Positions 48,818 to 56,075 of a stretch of DNA of 56,075 nucleotides are shown here, piece by piece. The stretch is from Candidatus Heimdallarchaeota archaeon (GTDB lineage: Archaea > Asgardarchaeota > Heimdallarchaeia > JABLTI01). The DNA is taken from contig DXJV01000045.1 in NCBI GenBank assembly GCA_019056785.1, positions 1 to 56,075 of the forward strand. The letters are read 5' to 3'. The position numbers and the translations under genes were made by a program. Position 1 is the first letter of the stretch. Every line of letters begins with the position of its first letter. The notes beneath the pieces are model-generated. The model saw only the letters and a program-made list of their open reading frames with translations, ran no database searches and was not told the DNA's origin.

Positions 48818-49942
48818 TTAGGTACCTCCTCCTGTCGGAAATAGCCCTTCGAATTTTACCCAAAGGGTGTTGTCCAGCCAGGGAACCCAGAAGATTGAGA
48901 AAATCATCAATCCCAGACTCACGGGAATCAACCATTTCCAAGAGAATTCGAGGAATTGATCGATCCGAATTCGAGCCATCAATGCTCGAAATGTTGACAA
49001 GGCAAGCACTAAGAGTGTCGTTTTTATTGCGAATATTAATACGTAGTATGCCATTCTAATAACGGCAATCCACAAGATCCCATTTGGATTGCTCAGAGAA
49101 GCACTTGATGCTAACCAATCTGCAAAACTTGGGATCCACATTTCCACTCCAATTGGTCCACCAAGGAATAGACTCGTTGCAATTCCTACACTATAAATCA
49201 TTTGTAGGTCTGCGCCCAATCGGAAGAAAGCTAATTTCTTGCCGGAGTATTCAACTTCCCATCCGCCGACGATTTCTGTTTCAGCAACAGGAATGTCAAA
49301 AGGTGTTCGTTCCAATTCTGCTTGTGTAGCCAACAGATAGATTATGAGGAACATGAACATTGGAAGGCTGAACATCACAGGACGGTGGTGCACCATTTGC
49401 CAATTTACTATCCCAGCAACGGACAATTCTCCAGTTCGCATTGCAACTGAAAACATTGCAAGAAGAATTGGTATTTCAAAGCTGAGTAGTTGTGAGGCTG
49501 CACGCATTGTTCCGGGCATTGCAAGTCGGTTTGCTGAGAACCAGCCTGCAAGGAAGATAACCAGTGCAAGTAAAGTAGTCAAGAAGGAAAGAAGCAAGAG
49601 GTCGCCTTCGAAAGAAATGATACCAGTGGTATTAATGATTGGTACAAAGAGAAGCAAAACCAATGGAACAGCCAGTCCAAAAATGGCCATAATGCGCATT
49701 CCCCATTTGTCCGCGGCAGAAGGTTCAATGTCTTCATTTGAGAGTAATTTGATGAAATCCGCCAGCGGTTGAGCAATGCCTTTAAAGCCAGTATGTAATG
49801 GACCAATGCGGTCTTGGAGTGCAGCATAGAACTTTCTGTCCACCCATTCATCAAAAAGTGCAAGTGAAATACAGAAAGCTATTCCGGGGAAAAATAATAT
49901 CCCCAATACTAATAACAACCATTGTGCCCATAAAGCTAACAT
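48818..49942 (-). CDS. nuoH: NuoH/HycD-like membrane subunit
   Basis: 'RKFYAALQDRIGP', 'QPLADFIKLL', 'AELERTPFDIPVAETEIVGG..EYSG', 'RIRIDQ'; TAATG coupling at 49942. Confidence 0.92.
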   Translation of the reverse strand: MLALWAQWLLLVLGILFFPGIAFCISLALFDEWVDRKFYAALQDRIGPLHTGFKGIAQPLADFIKLLSNEDIEPSAADKWGMRIMAIFGLAVPLVLLLFVPIINTTGIISFEGDLLLLSFLTTLLALVIFLAGWFSANRLAMPGTMRAASQLLSFEIPILLAMFSVAMRTGELSVAGIVNWQMVHHRPVMFSLPMFMFLIIYLLATQAELERTPFDIPVAETEIVGGWEVEYSGKKLAFFRLGADLQMIYSVGIATSLFLGGPIGVEMWIPSFADWLASSASLSNPNGILWIAVIRMAYYVLIFAIKTTLLVLALSTFRALMARIRIDQFLEFSWKWLIPVSLGLMIFSIFWVPWLDNTLWVKFEGLFPTGGGT

Positions 49943-51216
49943 TATTTCTTCCACCTTTTATTTTTCGCATGCCATTCTCGGCTATACTTTCTGAGTTGGT
50001 CCATTGTTAAATTGTCCACTTTCGCTTTTCGTCGGTCTTTGTTAATTATGGTGATTATTCTATCTTCGCAGCTGAAGCAGGGATCAATCGATGCGAGGGT
50101 AATTGTGGAATCTGCAATATAATCGCCTTTCAGCATTTCTGCAACAGAAAGGATGTTTGCCAATGTAGGCGTGGTAATTTTTAATCGATAGGGTTTGTTA
50201 GTATTATTGGACCACAGGTAGTGAATCAATTCTCCACGAGGTGCTTCTGTACGGGAAAGTACATGAGCCTCAGGAACCTTTCGTGGCGGCTTAATAAAGA
50301 CCGGTCCGTCAGGGAGATTTGCCAGCAGCCATTTAACATATTTACACGCTTCAATGATTTCAAGCAACCGAACTACCACTCGAGAAAAGACATCGTTGGT
50401 ATCATAAGTGATGACATTAAAGATATCTCGCAATGGGCCAGCATAAGCGTTATATGGATCGTCATATCGGATATCAATTTTCAATCCCGATGCACGAGCA
50501 GTTGGACCAACAGCACAGAGTTTTTTCGCGGTACTGGGGAGGAGAACACCAATTCCTTGTGTTCGTAAACGAATAGTGTCCTCTTTGAGGCAAATTTCCG
50601 TGTATCGTTTTAATCGCTTAATAGTTATGTCCATGTACTTGTTCATGCGGGCGATTTGCTTTTCTGAGAGATCCCGTCGTGTTCCGCCAACTTCATTAAT
50701 AGCATAATTCACTCTATTGCCAGAAATGTCCTCTAGGATATCCATTGTCAATTCACGGTCACGCCAGGAAAGCATGAAGAGAGTGTCAAAACCAATTTCA
50801 TGAGCTGCCACGCCAAACCATAGGATGTGGCTGTGAATTCTTTCAAGCTCAGAAACAATTGTTCGAATGTATTCTGCTCGTTCCGGTGGTTTAAAGCCTT
50901 CAAGACCAAGCGCTGTTTCTGTGGCGTTGACAAGTGAAATCGAGTGAATATGACTGCAAATGCCGCAAACACGTTCGACGAGGGTGAGATTTTGCGAATA
51001 AGTCTTCGTTTCAGCAAGTTTTTCAATCCCACGATGTACATAACCAATCCGGGGAGTAGCATTAACAATTACTTCTCCTTCAACTTCTAACAAGAAATGC
51101 TCTGGTTCCTTCAAGGCAGGATGCTGAGGTCCGAGAGGGATTTCCATAGTTCGAGGCATACAAGCGACACAACCAGTTTTCGGCGCGTCTACTTTAACAA
51201 TCTTCTTTTCTGCCAA
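49942..51216 (-). CDS. Group 4 [NiFe]-hydrogenase large subunit (NuoD homolog)
   Basis: GPQHP, HRGIEK, L1 RVCGICSHIH, EAPRGE, L2 DPCFSCEDR followed by a C-terminal extension. Confidence 0.93.
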   Translation of the reverse strand: MAEKKIVKVDAPKTGCVACMPRTMEIPLGPQHPALKEPEHFLLEVEGEVIVNATPRIGYVHRGIEKLAETKTYSQNLTLVERVCGICSHIHSISLVNATETALGLEGFKPPERAEYIRTIVSELERIHSHILWFGVAAHEIGFDTLFMLSWRDRELTMDILEDISGNRVNYAINEVGGTRRDLSEKQIARMNKYMDITIKRLKRYTEICLKEDTIRLRTQGIGVLLPSTAKKLCAVGPTARASGLKIDIRYDDPYNAYAGPLRDIFNVITYDTNDVFSRVVVRLLEIIEACKYVKWLLANLPDGPVFIKPPRKVPEAHVLSRTEAPRGELIHYLWSNNTNKPYRLKITTPTLANILSVAEMLKGDYIADSTITLASIDPCFSCEDRIITIINKDRRKAKVDNLTMDQLRKYSREWHAKNKRWKK

Positions 51217-51227
51217 ACTCTATCACC

Positions 51228-51761
51228 TCATTTCTTCGCCCTAGCAGCTCTTGCTGCTTTTTTGGCGGCCTCTTCCTTCTGTATTTCCAGGAGGAAGTCT
51301 TTACGCAAGGGGTGAACGTTGTCAGGAAAGTCATCAGGCAAGATCAAGCGATCCAATTGAGGATGTCCTTTGAAATAAATCCCCATAAGATCGTGAGTTT
51401 CGCGTTCGAAGAATTGTGCACCTGGAATCACTGAAACGGCAGAAGTAATTTCTGCTTTTTCCCTGTTAGGGGCATCCACCCGTAAATTGAGTGTGATAGC
51501 AGTTTCAGTGCCATGCGGGGGGACAATATCAAAATGGTATACAGCAGCAATCACGCCATCCGGAGTGTCGACACTAGAGATAGCAATGAGATGCCAAGCC
51601 TTCCATTTTTCTTTTGCAAATTTGAAGACCTCGAGATGGTCGGGGTCCTTAACGGTACAGTCGATTCTTCGTGGAAAAGTTGTCTCTATAGAAAGCAGCT
51701 TCTCGCCGAAATGACTTTTTAATGCGTCAACCACTTGTTGTTCTCTTTTTAGATCGCTCAT
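51228..51761 (-). CDS. nuoC: NuoC-like subunit
   Basis: 'FERETHDLMGIYFKGHP..RLILPDD....PLRKDF'. Confidence 0.9.
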   Translation of the reverse strand: MSDLKREQQVVDALKSHFGEKLLSIETTFPRRIDCTVKDPDHLEVFKFAKEKWKAWHLIAISSVDTPDGVIAAVYHFDIVPPHGTETAITLNLRVDAPNREKAEITSAVSVIPGAQFFERETHDLMGIYFKGHPQLDRLILPDDFPDNVHPLRKDFLLEIQKEEAAKKAARAARAKK

Positions 51762-52291
51762 TCTGTTGTAGCAACCTCCTTCTTTTTATCAAGGGCCTCT
51801 AATTGATTCCGCTTCAAATCAATGTTTGAAGGGTCAATTACAGGTGTTTCAAGTCCTTGTAATTTCGCTAGCAACTGAGCAATCCCGAAAATTATCGCCT
51901 CAGGTTTGGGCGGACAACCCGGAATATATACGTCGACGGGGATGACAGTATCAATTCCGAGGTTCGGAATATAACTGTGCCTAAAAATTCCTCCTGAGCA
52001 AGCGCATGCGCCTACTGCGACGACGAATTTTGGTTCCGGTGTTTGCTCGTAGAGCAACTTGAGACGACTTTTCATTTGTTGAGTTGCTGGTCCCGTCACC
52101 ACTAACACATCTGCATGACGTGGACTTCCTTGAATCACAATTCCAAAGCGTTCGACATCGTATCGCGGTGTTAAAACGTCTACGACTTCGATATCACATC
52201 CATTGCACCCGCCGGTGTTAATGTGGAGGATCCAAGGTGATTTTACGCGAGACCAAGTAACAATCTTATTGACTATCTTCTTGAGCACCAT
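51758..52291 (-). CDS. Group 4 hydrogenase small subunit (NuoB homolog)
   Basis: GGCNGCDIE (CxxC, hydrogenase type), SPRHAD, GACA, PGCPPKPE. Confidence 0.92.
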   Translation of the reverse strand: MVLKKIVNKIVTWSRVKSPWILHINTGGCNGCDIEVVDVLTPRYDVERFGIVIQGSPRHADVLVVTGPATQQMKSRLKLLYEQTPEPKFVVAVGACACSGGIFRHSYIPNLGIDTVIPVDVYIPGCPPKPEAIIFGIAQLLAKLQGLETPVIDPSNIDLKRNQLEALDKKKEVATTE

Positions 52292-52299
52292 ATTCTATA

Positions 52300-52632
52300 T
52301 CACCTTCGTAATGTAACCACTCCTAATAACCCGATTCCAGCAAATATTGCTGCAATGGCACTAAATTCGAATCCTTGATTTAGTGTGACCATAGCGGTTG
52401 CAAGGACGAATGCTAAAATGTCGAAAATTGTGAAATAAATGGCGAAGATAAACGTGTTGGGGTAGAATTGTGCTTGCCCACTGCTCATCTCTTCCCCACA
52501 AGCGTATGATAAACGCTTTTCTTTCGTGGGGTTTCGAGGGGCAATGGCACGACCAAGGAAGTAAAGTAGTAAAACAGCGACGAGTACCAAACCTATTGCA
52601 ATCCAAAGTATGTACGTTGATTGTATCTCCAT
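52300..52632 (-). CDS. nuoA: NuoA-like subunit
   Basis: TM1, loop 'K..SYACGE', 'FAIYFTIFD', TM3. Confidence 0.85.
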   Translation of the reverse strand: MEIQSTYILWIAIGLVLVAVLLLYFLGRAIAPRNPTKEKRLSYACGEEMSSGQAQFYPNTFIFAIYFTIFDILAFVLATAMVTLNQGFEFSAIAAIFAGIGLLGVVTLRR

Positions 52633-52780
52633 TTTAGATGCATCGCCTAAAATTTGTTGAATTGACTAGTCGTTTCCTTGACTTGAGTAATGGTAAATAA
52701 AAAGCTTTTTGCTTATTTTATTTTCGACTTTAGAAATTAAAGTCGTCTCTAAACGTTTTTCTTGTTTTAGCTTTTACTTT

Positions 52781-52800
52781 AACGGTAAAAAACGGTAAAT
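52781..52800. promoter_or_regulatory. Tandem direct repeat AACGGTAAA with 10-bp period
   Basis: AACGGTAAAA-AACGGTAAAT in the divergent promoter region; related AATGGTAAAT at 52689-52698. Confidence 0.4.
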
Positions 52801-52862
52801 ACATAAATCTCCATTAAATATTAAAAAACAAAAAAATACTTTAGAGTAAAAAAGAGTGGTTT

Positions 52863-53963
52863 TTGAAGGAAAAACTAATGCCAAACAAAAGTCAACAACA
52901 AAAAAAACAGAAATTCTCGGTGTCTCCTGACTTTACTTTGAATGAAGAGTTTGAACCTTTCAATGAACATTATAATGTTTTTGGGCGGATCATGTGGGAT
53001 AAAGAATATATGAACTATCATAAATTCATGTATGACAAGGTTCCTTTAATCATTTCTGACGGGATCCCAGGCTACCGAGAAATTGACCATGCGCTGGCAA
53101 TTGCCTCTTGGACGGTTCATGATTATTTTCGAAGTGCGTTTTCTTGGGAGAAGCTTAACAAACCGGCCAATGTAATGAAGATTCCTGAACCAAAACAATA
53201 TCCAATTGATGAATCGAATATCCAAGAAGTCACACAATATGTAAAAGCAATTGCCAAACTTTTTGGCGCATCACTTGTTGGAATTACTGCTTTTGATCCA
53301 CGATGGGTCTATACAGAGGATCGTGTTGGCACGCCGATTGAACTTCCTGAAGGGTTGACCAACGTTATTGCCATAGCAATTGAAATGGACGCCGACGCAA
53401 TCAGTACCAGCCCCTCTATGACCCAAGGTTTCGCGAATGGGTTGGGGTATTCAAATATGGCGGCGCTTGTTGCGTCCTTAGCAGAATTCATCCGAAAATT
53501 GGGTTATCAAGCAATTCCGAGTGGAAATGATACTGCCCTTTCTATTCCAATTGCCATTCAAGCAGGGTTGGGACAATTAGGGCGAAATGGTTTATTAGTC
53601 ACTCGCCAATTTGGTTCACGCGTCCGTCTCTGTAAAGTCTTCACAGATATGCCTTTACTTCATGATGAACCCGTGGATTTCGGCTTGACTGATTATTGCC
53701 GCCGTTGCAAACGTTGCGCTGAAGCTTGTGAAGTAGACGCAATTTCCTTTGATGAAGAACCATCTTTCAAAAGTTATCCCCCTTCTCAGAACAAAGGAAT
53801 ATTACGATGGACGATCAAAGCGGACCTTTGTTACCAATTCTGGGTAGACAATGGCGGGGAATGTTCCACGTGTATTACCTCGTGCCCATTTAATATGCGC
53901 ACTGCTCAGAGGTATCTCGAACCAGAAAAATTCTGGGAGAAAAAACTCGAGGACAAGGAGTGA
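52863..53963 (+). CDS. rdhA: Reductive dehalogenase-like cobalamin/2x[4Fe-4S] protein (no Tat signal)
   Basis: 'K..AKLFGASLVGIT..D.RWVY', 'FIRKLGYQAIP', 'AGLGQLGRNG', 'GSRVRL..VFTDMPL', CRRCKRCAEAC and C..FW..CSTCITSCPF. Start may be the ATG at 52878. Confidence 0.82.
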   Translation: MKEKLMPNKSQQQKKQKFSVSPDFTLNEEFEPFNEHYNVFGRIMWDKEYMNYHKFMYDKVPLIISDGIPGYREIDHALAIASWTVHDYFRSAFSWEKLNKPANVMKIPEPKQYPIDESNIQEVTQYVKAIAKLFGASLVGITAFDPRWVYTEDRVGTPIELPEGLTNVIAIAIEMDADAISTSPSMTQGFANGLGYSNMAALVASLAEFIRKLGYQAIPSGNDTALSIPIAIQAGLGQLGRNGLLVTRQFGSRVRLCKVFTDMPLLHDEPVDFGLTDYCRRCKRCAEACEVDAISFDEEPSFKSYPPSQNKGILRWTIKADLCYQFWVDNGGECSTCITSCPFNMRTAQRYLEPEKFWEKKLEDKE

Positions 53964-53969
53964 ATTTCC

Positions 53970-54680
53970 ATGGATCAAACTTTAGAGAATGACCTTCAGA
54001 ACCTTAAGACAGTTATTGCAGACGAAAAAGAGGCTCATAAGTTTCTTGTGGAAGAGTTTATACTTACTCGACGAGCTAGTTCAGGGCAACTTGCATGGAA
54101 GCTTGTTTCTGATCCGGAGCTCGATGCTCAATCACTAGCGATTCTCAATGCCCAAATACTCCCATTTGTTCCTGATAAAGACTATCTCCCGTTGTTGTTA
54201 AAATTATATGAGCATCCAAATGCATCTTTTCGCCTTCGACATTTTATCATTCAAAAAATTGGCTGGCGAGGGCAATATGCAAAAAGCGCTATTCCTAAGT
54301 TGCTTGAAATTTTCGAAGGGCCCTTCTTTCGAACTGATGCGGCGATAAGTCTTTTAGAGATAGGGTATAACGAAGTTGACAAAATCATCCCTGTCTTGAT
54401 CGAAAGTTTGGAACGTGAGAAAAACTACTTGATTCGAATGAACGTTGCACGACAATTGGTGAAACATGTAGATAAAATTGACACCATTGTCCCTGCGTTT
54501 ATTAAAGCAATGAAAAAAGACCCGGATTTTCGTGTTCGGCAAAAAATCATTCATTATTGCGGTGAGTACAATATTCAAGAAGCTCTTAAAACCATTGAAC
54601 AATTGCAAACTTCAGATCAACATCCTCTTGTTCGCTCGGTTGCACTTCGTGTTTGTGAAAAGTTAAAACAAACTAAATAA
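53970..54680 (+). CDS. HEAT/PBS-lyase repeat protein
   Basis: Repeats such as 'IPVLIESL.....IRMNVA', 'VPAFIKAM..DPDFRVRQ', 'DQHPLVRSVA'. Confidence 0.82.
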   Translation: MDQTLENDLQNLKTVIADEKEAHKFLVEEFILTRRASSGQLAWKLVSDPELDAQSLAILNAQILPFVPDKDYLPLLLKLYEHPNASFRLRHFIIQKIGWRGQYAKSAIPKLLEIFEGPFFRTDAAISLLEIGYNEVDKIIPVLIESLEREKNYLIRMNVARQLVKHVDKIDTIVPAFIKAMKKDPDFRVRQKIIHYCGEYNIQEALKTIEQLQTSDQHPLVRSVALRVCEKLKQTK

Positions 54681-54812
54681 CTGTCCTTTTTCTTCTTTTT
54701 TCCTGAAAGCTCGAATATTTGGCACTTTATAAAGAAAATTCTCTGAGAAAAAAATAGGCAAAAAAAACTCTCCTTAAAAAAAACAGAGATTTTCACTTGC
54801 CGGTGAAAAATA

Positions 54813-55781
54813 ATGATTTCCATTGTTGTGCCTGTGTATAATGAAGAATCAAATGTTGAACCTCTTTTCAATGAAATTGTTAATGTAATAGCGAATGGCG
54901 ATTCGGAAGTTGAAGTCATTTTTGTTGACGATGGCTCACAAGACAACACTTTAAAAAAGTTGAAGGCGTTGCAAGCCAACCAATCTACCTCACAAGTAAA
55001 ATTACGAGTACTTGAGTTACAAAGAAATTACGGCCAAACGCCAGCATTATTAGCAGGGTTAAATAACAGCAAAGGGGAAATCATTGTAACGCTCGATGGA
55101 GACTTGCAAAATGACCCCCATGACATTCCCAAACTTCTTGGCGAGCTTTCTAATGGTTATGATGTTATTTGTGGGTGGCGAAAAAATCGACATGATTCTC
55201 TTCTTAAAAAATTCTTTTCAAAAATAAACAATCTTTTGAACCGGCGATTAAACAAAGTAGCCATTCATGATTCTGGTTGCACTCTTCGAGCATATAAAAG
55301 AGAAGCAATTACCAACCTCCAACTTTTCGCCGAAGAGCATCGATACATCCCCTCAATTATTGCCAGTAAGGGGTTCAAAATTGGCGAAATGGAAACCACT
55401 CACCATCCACGGGTTAATGGTAAGACAAAATATGGTTTTAAACGGCTCTTCAGAGGATTTAATGATCTTCTAACTTTAAGAATGCTAAAAAAATGGGGGC
55501 AAACTCCAAGCAGGCTTTTTAATTTCTACTCGTTTGTAAGTTTTGCTGCCGGAAGTATTTGTGCTCTTTGGGCGCTATTTGAAAGAGTGTTATTCTTTCG
55601 AATTTGGACTGCTGCTTACCCGGAACCTCTCCCCTTAAGGACAAATAGTCTGCTCTTAATTGGATTTAGTCTTGCCTTGTTTGGATTGTTTTTGTTTCTT
55701 CTGGGATTCTTTGCAGAGCTTCTCTACCGGCAAATAACCGATCCCAATAAAAGTTATCAGATTAAAAGAGAATGGAGCTAA
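54813..55781 (+). CDS. GT2 polyprenol-phosphate glycosyltransferase (ArnC/GtrB/DPM1-like) with two C-terminal TM helices
   Basis: SIVVPVYNE, VDDGSQD, RNYGQ, LDGDLQNDP, DSGC, HRYIP. Confidence 0.92.
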   Translation: MISIVVPVYNEESNVEPLFNEIVNVIANGDSEVEVIFVDDGSQDNTLKKLKALQANQSTSQVKLRVLELQRNYGQTPALLAGLNNSKGEIIVTLDGDLQNDPHDIPKLLGELSNGYDVICGWRKNRHDSLLKKFFSKINNLLNRRLNKVAIHDSGCTLRAYKREAITNLQLFAEEHRYIPSIIASKGFKIGEMETTHHPRVNGKTKYGFKRLFRGFNDLLTLRMLKKWGQTPSRLFNFYSFVSFAAGSICALWALFERVLFFRIWTAAYPEPLPLRTNSLLLIGFSLALFGLFLFLLGFFAELLYRQITDPNKSYQIKREWS

Positions 55782-55836
55782 AAAAGTAATTTAATATAAG
55801 AAAAAAAAGGAAATTGATGGCAAAATGTTTGTCAGT

Positions 55837-56075
55837 TTAGCCAACAAAAACTTCTTCTATAATTTTTAAAGCCCAATCAATTTCTTCTTTTGTAATGACT
55901 AGTGGCGGAGCAAAGCGTATTGTTGTTGCATGAGTTTCTTTTGCTAAGATGCCTTTCTCTTTCAAAGCTTCAGTGTATGGTCGTGCTTCACCATCAAGTT
56001 CAATGGCAATTAGCAAGCCTTTTCCGCGGACATCTACGAAGGGGATTTTTGTTTTCTTGGCTGCGATTTTCTTTA
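55837..56075 (-). CDS. rocD: Ornithine aminotransferase (class III), C-terminal fragment
   Basis: Manual translation: ..[65 protein letters not shown]. Confidence 0.85.
   Translation of the reverse strand, partial: KKIAAKKTKIPFVDVRGKGLLIAIELDGEARPYTEALKEKGILAKETHATTIRFAPPLVITKEEIDWALKIIEEVFVG

Noticed and set aside
48816-48941. Long N-terminal extension of NuoI from the ORF track
   Set aside because: It overlaps nuoH by over 120 bp; the ATG at 48815 right after the nuoH stop gives a normal NuoI.
42073-52632. Calling the operon NADH:quinone oxidoreductase (complex I)
   Set aside because: The D subunit retains all four Ni-ligating Cys, B has CxxC, and nuoEFG are absent.
42073-52632. Visibly higher GC than the flanks as a sign of horizontal transfer
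   Set aside because: No mobility genes or boundary repeats; codon bias of highly expressed genes explains it equally well. Not quantified.
53961-53963. Selenocysteine recoding at the rdhA TGA
   Set aside because: The position is not a Cys-equivalent catalytic site, I saw no SECIS-like hairpin, and the TGA is part of an RBS-like sequence.
3163-55473. Numerous 60-150 aa antisense or alternate-frame ORFs inside longer genes
   Set aside because: They are shadows of well-supported CDS with no motifs of their own.
1-56075. CRISPR arrays, tRNA/rRNA genes, transposases, integrases
   Set aside because: Intergenic gaps are short and AT-rich, with no spaced repeats or cloverleaf-like GC stems noticed by eye; a tRNAscan/Infernal run would be needed to exclude small RNAs.

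Overview
A gene-dense, AT-rich archaeal chromosomal segment, most likely from an Asgard archaeon (Heimdallarchaeia-like). This is inferred from an archaeal P1/L12 stalk gene, an IPGF-TM-basic C-terminal sorting signal, KaiC-like ATPases and several eukaryote-like proteins. It has about 50 CDS; I saw no rRNA, tRNA, CRISPR or mobile element. Main content: (i) a 12-gene operon (42073-52632) for a group 4 [NiFe]-hydrogenase with a complex I-like layout (A,B,C,D,H,I,split J,K,L,M,N), divergent from a reductive dehalogenase-like/HEAT-repeat gene pair; (ii) a cluster beside the solitary rpl12 gene encoding a DDRGK1/UFL1-like tandem winged-helix protein and a CCDC47 (PAT complex)-like membrane protein, both resembling eukaryotic ER ribosome-translocon factors; (iii) PIG-B-like and PIG-M/GT87-like GT-C glycosyltransferases plus a polyprenol-P GT2 and a flippase-like gene; (iv) an alkyl-DHAP synthase-like flavoprotein coupled to a CCG Fe-S protein; (v) several apparent pseudoenzymes (a membrane receptor-like ferrochelatase fold, an AN1-finger/M50 fusion, and two KaiC-like ATPases with complementary motif losses). 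All family assignments come from motif recognition by eye; no database search was run.
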